This document shows, in pieces, positions 40,844 to 51,278 of a DNA stretch of 64,000 nucleotides. Source of the DNA: Promethearchaeota archaeon (GTDB lineage: Archaea > Asgardarchaeota > Lokiarchaeia > Sigyniarchaeales > SOKP01). How positions within the stretch are numbered: the first letter of the stretch is position 1; each line of letters opens with the position of its first letter. The translations under genes were made by a program, and so were the position numbers. The DNA lies in assembly GCA_029838195.1 (NCBI GenBank), contig JALGVJ010000006.1, forward strand, positions 1-64,000, written 5' to 3'. The notes under the pieces were generated by a model. The model did not search any database. It saw only the letters and a list, made by a program, of their open reading frames with translations, and was not told the origin of the DNA.

Positions 40844-42061
40844 CTAAGTCACGTCAACATGGGATTCTATGCGAGCGATCATTCTTTCTACCCCACCTTC
40901 CTCGATGGAAAGAGTTATCGCTCCAGTTGGGCACGCCTTCTCGCATCTCCCGCAACCCGTGCAGAAATCCTTGCCCTCCCGATCAATCACGGCTACGTTT
41001 TCAATGATCTCTATTGCACCAAAAATGCAAGCGTCGAGACAAAGTCTGCAGCCGTTGCAAAGATCAGGATTGACCGTTACAGACAAGCCCTCCATCTTCT
41101 GATGCCATTTTCTTAGATATCTCGGCAACTCCTTGATTCCCGCCTCGACACAACAACACTCACAACAGAAACAAATATGCATCAGATCTCCCTTTTCAGG
41201 CAGAGCTCTATAGACGATCGTATCAGATTTGACTCTTCCCAGAGAGGGCAGGAGACCAGCGGCAACGGCTCGTCTTGCACGTTCTAATGCCTCTTCTTTG
41301 GTACCGATTTTCCCAAAGGTTTTCATCCTCAGAACCCCCTTACCCAAGGCTATGCATCCGATAGATTGATCATAATTTTGACAGTTGGCGAGCGTTCGAC
41401 ACGGGCAAAATGGAAAGAGATAGACGTGACTTGCCTTTTTTATGAAGTATTCAAGAACTGCGAGAGGTATCAGCTGATTCTCGTAGGTTCCCAAGGACTC
41501 ATTTATTGGAATGCGCACGTCGTTCGAGTTCTCTGGGTCTGAGGTTCTCTCCATGATCGGTCGAAATGCGGGAATTCTCATCAGACGGTAAGTCAAGCTT
41601 TTTTCTTTAACATGGGCATTTTCTTTAGGGGCACTAAGCGTAGGGGCATTGCCGGGGGAAAAACCGATCAACTTTCCAATTTTTTTTTCCACCCATTTCC
41701 CATCGGGGCGCTTAAAGCCAACCATAAATTTCGTCCCCATAAAGGCCGGCCAATGAGGGATTTCATCGTTGAGGAACTTATAAGCCAGATCAAGATCAGT
41801 GCACCCCAATACTAAGGTTGGGTTTTCAGCCTCCTCATCGATCTTGTATGAATACTCTGTTTCATTGAATACTTGATATCCCCTAATAGGGCCGAATTTC
41901 CATTGCACTACCTCGTGGAAATCTTTCATATCTTCTTCGTAGAACTTCTCCCATACTGCATATTTTGCTGCATCTTCTAGCATTTTCACGAAGAGTTCTC
42001 GAACTCTGGCCTCCTTCTCTTCCATGGTTATTCCACTCTTCTCTTCTGATTTCTCTGGCAT
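40844..42061 (-). CDS. 4Fe-4S dicluster protein with N-terminal SCP2-like domain
   Basis: CPCR, ICFCCECCC, CNGCRLCLDAC, CTGCGRCEKACP; GC clearly above flanks. Confidence 0.8.
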   Translation of the reverse strand: MPEKSEEKSGITMEEKEARVRELFVKMLEDAAKYAVWEKFYEEDMKDFHEVVQWKFGPIRGYQVFNETEYSYKIDEEAENPTLVLGCTDLDLAYKFLNDEIPHWPAFMGTKFMVGFKRPDGKWVEKKIGKLIGFSPGNAPTLSAPKENAHVKEKSLTYRLMRIPAFRPIMERTSDPENSNDVRIPINESLGTYENQLIPLAVLEYFIKKASHVYLFPFCPCRTLANCQNYDQSIGCIALGKGVLRMKTFGKIGTKEEALERARRAVAAGLLPSLGRVKSDTIVYRALPEKGDLMHICFCCECCCVEAGIKELPRYLRKWHQKMEGLSVTVNPDLCNGCRLCLDACIFGAIEIIENVAVIDREGKDFCTGCGRCEKACPTGAITLSIEEGGVERMIARIESHVDVT

Positions 42062-42309
42062 TTTTAATGCCTCTTTTCAGTAATTCCAATTTTTATTGTA
42101 ATTTCATTCATTAGATTATCCCAATTTCTTGATTTTTAAATAGTTTAATTTAACAATTATAAAAGAAATTTTATTTTTTAAATTTTATCGATAAGGACTT
42201 ATTTCTCATTGTATTACACGTGCAATTTCTTGTCAAATGTATACGGTACTTTTAATTCGGGAATTTGAATGAAACCATCCTTAATTTATAATGTTTTAAG
42301 GTTATTTAT

Positions 42310-42440
42310 TTCTATTAGATTAGAAAAAAATTTAGTGAGGTTAACAAGTTAACCAGGAAAACTTTTATGGATTAAAAGATGATTTTACTGAACATCAATT
42401 TATTCGCATTCCCAAATCTCTTTAAGCTTTTTTTATAAAA
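42310..42440 (-). repeat. Diverged repeat copy B (decayed gene fragment)
   Basis: KKLKEIWECE*IDVQ*NHLLIHKSFPG versus copy A KRLKKIR*YEEIKVVRPLLLIHERFPC. Confidence 0.6.
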
Positions 42441-42602
42441 TAATATTTTAATGCCTTCTTTAAACCGTGAAGTTGGAATTGAAAGTAGTCATGTGAAGTT
42501 GAACTTTTCCTTTTCAATTTAAATTTTAAAAATTATTTTTACTTAATAGAGATCATGACTAAAATAGAGAAAATTATTTCTTCTTAAAAAAATCGTGATA
42601 CT

Positions 42603-44072
42603 ATGAATCTAATTCTTAAAAATAAAGTAATCCTAATTTTTTATTCCATGACCACTATTTTTCTCTTGTTTTGGGCTATTTTTATTACATGGTTGATAAA
42701 AAAGGATGTGACTTGGAATCCCGTTCAATTTTTCATCGTGTTCGTTCCCTTGATTTTTTTAGCCTTTATTCCAAGTGTTTATTTAATTAAATTTGTCAAC
42801 AAATTGAGGAAGAATATTCACATCTCCTTTTCCATTTCAAAAAAATTTCTCGGTGCTTCCTTATTCATTGCTTTTTTAACGTGGTCTTTATCAATTTTTG
42901 CATTTACGATCTATTTTTTTCCCGCAGCCTCCATTAATTCTGAAGATAATGGTCCGTATCTGATTTGGAATGATGATCCTCGAACGACCATGGCTATTAC
43001 ATGGCTAACAGAAACACCAAAAACAACGAAATTAGATTACGGACCCTCGATTGAAGAGATGGTAGAATGGAATAATAACATTTTAACTCGAAAACATGTA
43101 GCGGAACTCAGGAATCTTCAACCGGGAACGTTTTATTATTATCGAATAGCAGATTTTCCTAATAAGCTATATAATTTCACAACGGCACCATCAGAACTTA
43201 CATCTCCTTTTAATTTCATTGCCTTAAGCGATACGCATGCTGCCTCCAGTTCGAGCAAGTTTGAAGCCATTTTAAACACCATGAACTCGTGGAAATATGA
43301 TTTTATCGTTCATGCGGGAGATGTAGCGGGCCAAGAAGGAGAAGACATTTCAGGATGGCAAGAGTTTTTTAGCATCATGGACCGACACGGTATTAATAAA
43401 CCTCTCATGATTGCTGCGGGAAATCATGAATATGGCGTGGATCTCTTCGGAAGAAATTTCAAGTATTATTTCTCTTATGATTATGTTGAATTATGGGGGC
43501 ATTATTATAGTTTTGATTATTTAAATGCTCACTTTGTAATGTTAGATGTTTTCCAAAATCAATTGGACTGGGGGGGCTTTCTTTTAGAGTCTCAAGAAGC
43601 TTGGCTCAAGAAAACGTTAGCAGAGAATCAAGATAAATGGCTCATCGTGGTCATGCACGCTCCTCTGTACAGTACGGGCGATTATAACATGAATAAAAAA
43701 TTAATTGCGCAATTGGCACCCATATTTTATCAATACCACGTGGATGTTGTTCTTTCCGGACACGACCATCATTACGAGGTTTTCTGGACTAATCGCTCGG
43801 AAGCGTGGGGCGGAACTTATTATTTCGTGATAGGTGGGGGTGGAGGCAGCCTCGATACTTCTATCATGAGGCGAGAAGAGAATCCGTGGAAAGAAAAATC
43901 TCATGAAGCCCCGATTTTGCCCTACCAATACGATTACGTCACGCTTAATGATCAAATTTACGGAGAGCTTGCCCACCATTTCCTTCACGTCGAAGTATAT
44001 CAGAACTTTTTACACATTCGGACAGTGCGACTCAATGGAACCATCATTCAGGAATTTGTAATTAGAAAATAA
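42603..44072 (+). CDS. Membrane-anchored purple-acid-phosphatase-like metallophosphoesterase (FN3-like + MPP)
   Basis: 3 TM, LQPGTFYYY, SDTH, HAGD, GNHE, SGHDH. Confidence 0.9.
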   Translation: MNLILKNKVILIFYSMTTIFLLFWAIFITWLIKKDVTWNPVQFFIVFVPLIFLAFIPSVYLIKFVNKLRKNIHISFSISKKFLGASLFIAFLTWSLSIFAFTIYFFPAASINSEDNGPYLIWNDDPRTTMAITWLTETPKTTKLDYGPSIEEMVEWNNNILTRKHVAELRNLQPGTFYYYRIADFPNKLYNFTTAPSELTSPFNFIALSDTHAASSSSKFEAILNTMNSWKYDFIVHAGDVAGQEGEDISGWQEFFSIMDRHGINKPLMIAAGNHEYGVDLFGRNFKYYFSYDYVELWGHYYSFDYLNAHFVMLDVFQNQLDWGGFLLESQEAWLKKTLAENQDKWLIVVMHAPLYSTGDYNMNKKLIAQLAPIFYQYHVDVVLSGHDHHYEVFWTNRSEAWGGTYYFVIGGGGGSLDTSIMRREENPWKEKSHEAPILPYQYDYVTLNDQIYGELAHHFLHVEVYQNFLHIRTVRLNGTIIQEFVIRK

Positions 44073-44191
44073 AAAAACCAGTCATTTTAGCTTGTTTCTT
44101 TTTTTTATTTCATGATCATGCTTAACGATAATAATAAATTGTATATCCTCTTTATTTTCACAATTCGAAAACAAAAAAGAGAATAATTCTC

Positions 44192-45061
44192 ATGATAAAG
44201 ATTGATTTTCATTGCCATTTATTCTCAGATTTAGACATAGAACAATTAAAATCGCGCGTTTTTAAAGATTTTAAGGGATATGGTTTTCATGACAGATTAA
44301 TGCAAAATTTAGAACACATTCCTTCTATAAACACCTATAACATGATTGAAAAGACATTATATCACGCTAAAAAAGCAGGACTTGATAAAATCGTGTTATT
44401 ACCCTTGAGCAAGAAAGAAAATGAACTAGTAAAGGAATGGTGCAGGGTTGAACCACGTGTTTTTATTCCCTTTTATAATCCTCCGGAAAAAGCTACTCCA
44501 AATGAAACTATAGAAGACATCTTGCTGGCTGATTTTCATGAAATTCAATTTAAAGGCTATAAAATCATGTTATCCTTTCGTGAAAAGAATTTGGATGATA
44601 AGATAATATACCCTGCATTGGAATTGGCTCAAGAGCAAGATCTCGTGGTCTTATTTCATGCGGGTTATCCTCCTCCCGGCACGTTTAAAAAAGTCTTGAG
44701 TCATGCAAATCCCATTCATCTCGAAAACATCATCCATTCCTTTCCAAAATTGAAAATCGTGATTGCGCATATGGGCTTTCCTTGGACGGACTTGACACTT
44801 GCTTTAGCGGTTCAATATCCAAACGTGCATGTGGATATTAGTAACATGACGTACATGATGCCCACTCACTTGAAACACTTGCTCCTTCAGGCGAAAGAAT
44901 TGATCGGCACGGATAAAATCTTATTCGGTTCAGATGGTTTCGTTCCTGAAATGTTGGAGCTGACCGTGAATTCTTTTAACAATATCAATGTTCTTTCCAA
45001 TGAGGAAAAAGAAAAAATCCTCGGAGGAAATGCAGCCAAGCTATTAAAACTCAAGGCATGA
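44192..45061 (+). CDS. Amidohydrolase_2 family metallohydrolase
   Basis: IDFHCH, FHAG, IAHMG, LFGSDG. Confidence 0.88.
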   Translation: MIKIDFHCHLFSDLDIEQLKSRVFKDFKGYGFHDRLMQNLEHIPSINTYNMIEKTLYHAKKAGLDKIVLLPLSKKENELVKEWCRVEPRVFIPFYNPPEKATPNETIEDILLADFHEIQFKGYKIMLSFREKNLDDKIIYPALELAQEQDLVVLFHAGYPPPGTFKKVLSHANPIHLENIIHSFPKLKIVIAHMGFPWTDLTLALAVQYPNVHVDISNMTYMMPTHLKHLLLQAKELIGTDKILFGSDGFVPEMLELTVNSFNNINVLSNEEKEKILGGNAAKLLKLKA

Positions 45062-45133
45062 CCTAACAGAATCTTTTAAGTAAAATCAATTTAAAATCGT
45101 TTCATGCGAATATCATTAAAATTTGAAAAATTA

Positions 45134-45895
45134 CTACCACCATGCTAATAACTGAGCAATGTACCATACTTGTCCGTTAATGAGCGTCCAAGCGAGCATG
45201 GGCCCAAGGGAATTTCTCGTGTATTTAAAAATTATTCCTAAGATAAGAAAAATAGAACCCGTATAAACAGCATTAAAAATGCTCCCCGTGGTAAATACAT
45301 GAGCCATTCCAAAAAGGAGCGTGGTAATCATCAAACCATTAGAAAAGAGAGAATTTTTAGAGTGGTAGATCAAATCCGTTTCATAAATGAGCCAAGTAAA
45401 AAAGAACACTTCTAATGGGCCCCAGCAAAAAATTCCAAAAATTCCATAATAAATATTTAGGGGAAAGGGGGCAGAAATGCTTTGGCGGGTATCTGACATG
45501 AGGGTTCCCTGAAGCAAGTATCCGACAATAAAGAAAATCGTTGTTAAAAGTAAAGAAAATAATAGGGACTGGAGTAGAGCTTTTTTTTTAAAATTTACTC
45601 CGTAATAGAACGGGTCATTTTCATGGAAAATGGTAAAACATAAGGGTATTAGCCCTACTCCTACAAATTCAACGTACACCATTAAATATGGTTCATTATT
45701 TATTTTACTGGTTAATTTTTCAATATTGAATTCGAACAGGAGGAAAAAGGAAAGAAATACGAGTAAGGATCCGATGATAAAGAAGACCCAAGTAAAAATT
45801 ACCCGAAATTTAGGGTTTTCAATTATTCGATCCTTTTTATTTTCCTTCATCGCGAAACGGAATGAACTTGCCATTAAAAAGTATTTGGAGTCCAA
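45134..45895 (-). CDS. CPBP/Abi-like intramembrane protease (divergent)
   Basis: Multi-TM; GPLEVFF, LFGMAH, TRNSLGP. Confidence 0.6.
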   Translation of the reverse strand: MDSKYFLMASSFRFAMKENKKDRIIENPKFRVIFTWVFFIIGSLLVFLSFFLLFEFNIEKLTSKINNEPYLMVYVEFVGVGLIPLCFTIFHENDPFYYGVNFKKKALLQSLLFSLLLTTIFFIVGYLLQGTLMSDTRQSISAPFPLNIYYGIFGIFCWGPLEVFFFTWLIYETDLIYHSKNSLFSNGLMITTLLFGMAHVFTTGSIFNAVYTGSIFLILGIIFKYTRNSLGPMLAWTLINGQVWYIAQLLAWW

Positions 45896-46161
45896 TTCTT
45901 AGAAGAGAGGAATAACACCTCATTTTCAATTATTACCTTTTAGATTAAAATGAATACTATAAAGAATTGCAAACTTAATTGAATGCCACAAATTAAGAAA
46001 AACGGGAAAAAGAAGAGAAACTGAGTTATTTTTCAATTTAAATTAGGACTCATGAAATTAAAAAAAAGAAGTGATTAATAGATTAAAACCAAAAGATATA
46101 TTAAATAAGAAAAGTAGAGATTTCTCATCCCCTCGTAATTGAAACTGAACATCATAAGGCC

Positions 46162-46872
46162 ATGATCATGAAAATTCACTATTTACAACACGTTTTTTTT
46201 GAAGATTTAGCAAACATCAAAGAATGGGCACTTCAGAGAGATCATTCGATTTCAAGAACTTTTCTTCCAGTTAATGAGCCTTTTCCCACCCTCAAAAACT
46301 TCGAGTGGCTCATTATTATGGGAGGGAGCATGAATGTGAATGAAGAACAAGAGTTTCCGTGGCTCAAGAGGGAAAAAAAATTCATTAAAAAAGCAATTGA
46401 CGGTGAAAAAGTAGTGCTGGGAATTTGCTTGGGAGCCCAACTCATTGCTAATGTTTTAGGAGCAACTATTTATAAAAATAAACATACTGAAATAGGATGG
46501 TTTCCTATCACTTTAACGAAAGAAGCATTGCCACTAGTAAATGCTTCCATTTTCCGAGGGTTTCCCGAGAACTTTTTAACATTTCACTGGCATGAAGACA
46601 CGTTTTCCCTTCCTAACAATGCTAAACGATTGGCAAGGAGTGAAGCTTGTGAAAATCAAGCTTTTCAATTCAAAGATAAAGTAATCGGAGTACAATTTCA
46701 TTTAGAATCTTCACTTGCTTCCATTTCCCGCTTAATTAAAAATTGTCCCGAAGATCTTAGAGAAGGAAACTACATTCAAAAAGATAAAGACCTCTTGTTG
46801 AATCCCTCTAACGTGGCTCGACTAACACCTCTCATGGAACTTTTTCTAAATAATGTGGAACAACTATATTAA
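46162..46872 (+). CDS. Class I glutamine amidotransferase
   Basis: LGICLGAQL, WHED, QFHLE. Confidence 0.92.
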   Translation: MIMKIHYLQHVFFEDLANIKEWALQRDHSISRTFLPVNEPFPTLKNFEWLIIMGGSMNVNEEQEFPWLKREKKFIKKAIDGEKVVLGICLGAQLIANVLGATIYKNKHTEIGWFPITLTKEALPLVNASIFRGFPENFLTFHWHEDTFSLPNNAKRLARSEACENQAFQFKDKVIGVQFHLESSLASISRLIKNCPEDLREGNYIQKDKDLLLNPSNVARLTPLMELFLNNVEQLY

Positions 46873-47120
46873 TGATAGTGTATTTTCTTCGGTTCCTTTA
46901 TTTCCATATAGAGAAGGAAAAATAAATTTCATAATGCGAATAAGAAATAGACAAGGTGAAGGTTTCTTATATTTAATATTTCATGATCGAATGATCACCT
47001 TCTCAAACCTTTTAATATGAGTTTTTTTATATTCGTGCTCGTGTTTCTTTAAATTTATCGATTTCTGGAGTTTCTTATAATGGATAAAGTTTTAATAGGA
47101 ATTAGTCCCTTTGAATATTC

Positions 47121-47924
47121 ATGAAGTTTATAGATTTAAGCATTCCAATAATTAATCCCGAAGAAGCCGTGTTCGACCCTCCTCTCACGCAGCCTAAAAT
47201 CGAATATACTTCTCATGATGAGGGCGCCGAACAAATGGGATTTGTCTTTCCACGATTAAAACCCGAAAAACACTTGCCTGATGGAAAAGGTTGGGCAGTG
47301 GAAACAATAACCCTTGGAACACACTCGGGAACTCACATGGATGCGCCATGGCATTTTGCTCCCGTTCAAGATAAGGAAAAAGGAGAGAAAAAAGCCCTCA
47401 CTATCGATGAATTTCCATTAGAATGGGGAATAGGACCCCTAATCGTTTTGGATTGCACGGATTATGAAGAAGGATACGTGTTGACTTCGGAAGATGTGGA
47501 TTCCAAGTTGGAACAGATTGGACACGAGCTCCAAGAGGGAGATATTTTATGCGTTCACACCAATGCTCCAAAACATTATGGAACTAAAGATTACATTAAT
47601 TACGGCGTTGGAATGGGGAAGGAGGCCACGCTACACATCGTGCGGCAGGGAGTTCACGTGGTAGGAATAGATGCATGGAGTTGGGATGCACCTTTCTCTA
47701 TCACTGCCCAGAAGTGGAAGAAATCCCTTAAGGAAAAAAAGCCGGATACTTCTTTAATTTGGGAGGGACATTTTGCCGGGATCGAGCTCGGATATTTTCA
47801 AATGGAAAAAATGTACAATTTGGATAAAGTTCCTCCCGTTGGAGCTACAATATACTGTTTTCCCATAAAAATTGCGAGAGCCAGCGCAGGTTGGGTGAGA
47901 GCCGTTGCTACGATTCCGGAATAA
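47121..47924 (+). CDS. Cyclase (kynurenine formamidase-like) family protein
   Basis: THSGTHMDAPWH, VGIDAWSWD, MEKM. Confidence 0.92.
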   Translation: MKFIDLSIPIINPEEAVFDPPLTQPKIEYTSHDEGAEQMGFVFPRLKPEKHLPDGKGWAVETITLGTHSGTHMDAPWHFAPVQDKEKGEKKALTIDEFPLEWGIGPLIVLDCTDYEEGYVLTSEDVDSKLEQIGHELQEGDILCVHTNAPKHYGTKDYINYGVGMGKEATLHIVRQGVHVVGIDAWSWDAPFSITAQKWKKSLKEKKPDTSLIWEGHFAGIELGYFQMEKMYNLDKVPPVGATIYCFPIKIARASAGWVRAVATIPE

Positions 47925-48102
47925 GCAGGGATTGTTGAGTAAAAACCTTCTTATCGATAATTTTTAATTTCTCTTTTTTTATTTCAATGAAAAGTTATTT
48001 TGTTGAAATTATTTTTAGAGAATACCAAACCATTTTCTATTTTTCTTTTGCCTATTTTTTAAAAAGAAGATTTAATTTTGTTGAACATTTTCTTTTCTTG
48101 CC

Positions 48103-49197
48103 ATGATAAAAAAAAATAAAATTGGAATCGTTTCTCATGAAAATTTCACTTACATGCATGCACCTCTTTATCCTCGTCCTTTATTTACTTCTCATGAAAA
48201 TCCTCTCAGGGTCAAATCGATTTTAGATTATTTTAACAGAATTGATTTATTTTCGAATGAACAAATTGTTAAACTTATTCCGCAACTAGTTACTAAAAAG
48301 ATTTTATATTTAACTCATTCAGCATATCACGTGAACTTGATAAGGAGATTATCTCGACAAGGAGGAGGATTATTAGGAGACGAGGTTTTCATCACGCACG
48401 ATACCTTTAAGCTGGCAAGGCTTGCAGCGGGAGGTGCTATTGAAGCCATGAAGAGCGTGATTCAAGGAGGAGTTAATCAATCTTTTGCCCTCGTGCGACC
48501 TCCTGGCCATCATGCAATGCGTGATAACGCTTCTGGATTGTGCATCTTTAATAATATCGTGGTTGCGATTAATTTTTTGAGAAATGAGCCGCAATTTAAG
48601 AAAAAAATTGCTATTATTGATATTGATAGCCATTTTGGGGATGGCATCGCTCAATTTTTCTATGAAGATCCTTCAATATTATATTTCTCCATTCATGAAC
48701 ATGATTTCATAGAAGGGGAAAAAGGTTTCATCACAGAATTAGGAGAAGGGGACGGACTTGGCACGAACATAAATGTTCCCGTTCCTCTTGGCCTCACGGA
48801 CTCCGATTTCTTGGATTGCTTGTCAATCTTACCTTCTATATTGAATCAATTTCAGCCCAAATTGATCGTGGTGGCATGCGGTTTCGATTTTCATTTTTCG
48901 GACCCCATTGGAAATGGTTTTTTGACGAGTTTATCCTATTATAATTTTGCCCGCCTTCTCATGGAGCTTGCCACGGAACTTTGTGAGGGAAAAATTTGTT
49001 TCATATTAGAAGGAGGATATAGCATCACAGCTTTACCATTTTGCGTCCATGCCATCATAAAGGCTATTTTAAATTCAGACTATAAGCGTCCTCCTTTTGA
49101 ATTTTTAGATTTCTCTCCATTTTCTAAAAAAGAAGAGATAACAAAAATAAATTCTATCTTAAAACAAAAACTAATGCAGTATTGGTCTCTGGACTAA
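48103..49197 (+). CDS. Histone deacetylase family protein
   Basis: HENP.R, RPPGHHA, G.CIFNN, DIDSHFGDG, LEGGY. Confidence 0.92.
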   Translation: MIKKNKIGIVSHENFTYMHAPLYPRPLFTSHENPLRVKSILDYFNRIDLFSNEQIVKLIPQLVTKKILYLTHSAYHVNLIRRLSRQGGGLLGDEVFITHDTFKLARLAAGGAIEAMKSVIQGGVNQSFALVRPPGHHAMRDNASGLCIFNNIVVAINFLRNEPQFKKKIAIIDIDSHFGDGIAQFFYEDPSILYFSIHEHDFIEGEKGFITELGEGDGLGTNINVPVPLGLTDSDFLDCLSILPSILNQFQPKLIVVACGFDFHFSDPIGNGFLTSLSYYNFARLLMELATELCEGKICFILEGGYSITALPFCVHAIIKAILNSDYKRPPFEFLDFSPFSKKEEITKINSILKQKLMQYWSLD

Positions 49198-49269
49198 CCA
49201 CGAAGATCTTTTCCCCTTGATTTATCCTTGAACCCGAGAAGTAGTAGAAATTCTGACAAGATGACGCCT

Positions 49270-49665
49270 TCACACGAAATTCGTGAATTTTTTAGCGTAT
49301 TCTTGAACGGTAAATAGGACATCCCTGGGGCCCACGGCGGGGTTCACGTAACAAATTAACGCTCCTGTACCTCCTACGGGAATGGGACAAATGATCACGT
49401 GTCCTTTTCCGGCAACATTTGTTCCGATTTTTCTTTCGGGCGTGTTTTCCACGATCATGTACTTGATCCCTTGAAGAGTAATGCTTCCGATACCCCTCTC
49501 CGATTTGATCAACTCGTTGATGCCTCCCTCTTTATGGAGATCTGCCGAAAGATCCCAATTTTCAGTTTGCGTGAGCATGGTTCCATCTTTCTTCACGAGG
49601 GCCACGCCATAAATATCGGGTTCTTGATTTAATAATTCATCAATAAGAGTTTCGAAAGTTGACAT
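49270..49665 (-). CDS. Lokiarchaeal profilin (actin regulator)
   Basis: QTENW, SITLQGIKYMIVENTPERKIGTNVAGKGH, GGTGALICYVNP..GPRD. Confidence 0.85.
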   Translation of the reverse strand: MSTFETLIDELLNQEPDIYGVALVKKDGTMLTQTENWDLSADLHKEGGINELIKSERGIGSITLQGIKYMIVENTPERKIGTNVAGKGHVIICPIPVGGTGALICYVNPAVGPRDVLFTVQEYAKKFTNFV

Positions 49666-49781
49666 TTTACAAAAAAATGTGTAAATAAATATTAGTTATT
49701 GTTATTATTAATATTAGTAATATAATGCTTTAATTTAAAAATATTGGAAAGACCATAAAAAAAATTCATTTGGTGAAATAA

Positions 49782-50327
49782 ATGGCTTTTAGACTATGGA
49801 GAAAAGCAATCCTCATGACCTTAAGAGAGAAGCGCATGTTCATCATTTTCACGCTCATTTATACCGCACTCATATTTTTAACGAGTTTCTTCATCCACAC
49901 GACCTTTTCTACTCAAGGAAATACATTGAGCACGTATTTTGTACTGATATTTTTTCTCGTGAGTCTGTTTCTATCCTTACTTTATGCATGGATAATCGTC
50001 GCTCGAAATAGACGGACGTGGGCAACATTAAAGTGCATTGGCTATACAAATAGGGATATTAATACTTTAGTTTCGGGAATCATCCTTTTTACCATGATTA
50101 TTGGTTTTTTCATCGTGGTGGAAGTATTATTTCATTATGCAGCGGTTTTTACCTATGCGCAATCCGTTGGATTACTCACTACCTTACCTTCGATTTTAAT
50201 CAATTTATTACCCGTTGTCTTGACATTCTTGATGTTTCTCGGTGTCCAGCTCATTGCTATATTATTAGCGAATAGAAAAATACTGAAAGTTCGCCCAATC
50301 ATTGCATTAAAAAAACCGGGTGAATAA
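49782..50327 (+). CDS. Minimal FtsX/MacB-type ABC permease
   Basis: 4 TM; RNRRTWATLKCIGYT; ILKVRPIIALK. Confidence 0.75.
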   Translation: MAFRLWRKAILMTLREKRMFIIFTLIYTALIFLTSFFIHTTFSTQGNTLSTYFVLIFFLVSLFLSLLYAWIIVARNRRTWATLKCIGYTNRDINTLVSGIILFTMIIGFFIVVEVLFHYAAVFTYAQSVGLLTTLPSILINLLPVVLTFLMFLGVQLIAILLANRKILKVRPIIALKKPGE

Positions 50328-50345
50328 TAAAGAGGTGATTGAAAA

Positions 50346-51041
50346 ATGCCAATAGATAAAGATGTCATGATTGAAGCGATTAATGTGAATAAAGAATATC
50401 GCCGTGCGGGTGCTATTATCCGAGCACTTGCGGATATTAATCTGACCATCAAATCGGGAGAATTCGTCATGATTCAAGGACCCACCGGCTGCGGAAAATC
50501 AACTCTGCTAAATGTATTATCAGGATTAGATTATCCTGACTCGGGAAGGATAATTTTTGATGGAGAAAACATCGCACGTGCCACTGAGGATAGGTTAAGT
50601 AGAATTCGACGGCAAAAAGTAGGTTTTGTGTTTCAAGATTTCAATTTAATTAACACTTTAACTGCTATGGAAAATGTAGAAGCCTTATTATGGCCAACAG
50701 TACTGCGGTCTAAAGAAATAGAAGATAGAGCAATCGCTGCTCTTAGGGATGTCGATATGCTCCATCGAAAAGATCATTTTCCTTCACAGATGAGTGGAGG
50801 AGAAAAGCAGCGAGTTGCATTAGCCAGGGCTTTAGTTGGAAAACCCCGCGTGATTTTTGGAGATGAAATAACCGGAAATTTGGATCCTGAATCGGAAAAG
50901 CAAATCATGGAGTTATTGAAAAAAATTAACACGGATTATGAAACGACCATCATCGTAGTCACCCATCGTGAAACGGTCGCTAAATATGGCGATAGAGTCA
51001 TCCGCATGGATAAGGGTACTATCGTGTCGGGAGGAAAATAA
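50346..51041 (+). CDS. ABC ATP-binding protein (LolD/MacB-like)
   Basis: GPTGCGKST, GFVFQ, MSGGEKQRV, DEITGNLD, VTH. Confidence 0.95.
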   Translation: MPIDKDVMIEAINVNKEYRRAGAIIRALADINLTIKSGEFVMIQGPTGCGKSTLLNVLSGLDYPDSGRIIFDGENIARATEDRLSRIRRQKVGFVFQDFNLINTLTAMENVEALLWPTVLRSKEIEDRAIAALRDVDMLHRKDHFPSQMSGGEKQRVALARALVGKPRVIFGDEITGNLDPESEKQIMELLKKINTDYETTIIVVTHRETVAKYGDRVIRMDKGTIVSGGK

Positions 51042-51278
51042 AGAAAAAATTGATTAAAAAATTTCATGTTCGATTTTTTCTATTCACTTTTTAACCAGTT
51101 CTCATTCCTTTTTTCTTATTTCTTTTTCGCCTTATTTTTTCTCTCAAAACATCTTTCTTTTTCAACCAGTTTTCTTTAGAAGTAAAGAAAGCAAGAATGA
51201 GGGAGGAAAACTTTTTTTTTTTGGGAAACCGTGTTAAAAAAAGAAAAATAGGAAAATAAATTAAAAATAAAGTTATCA

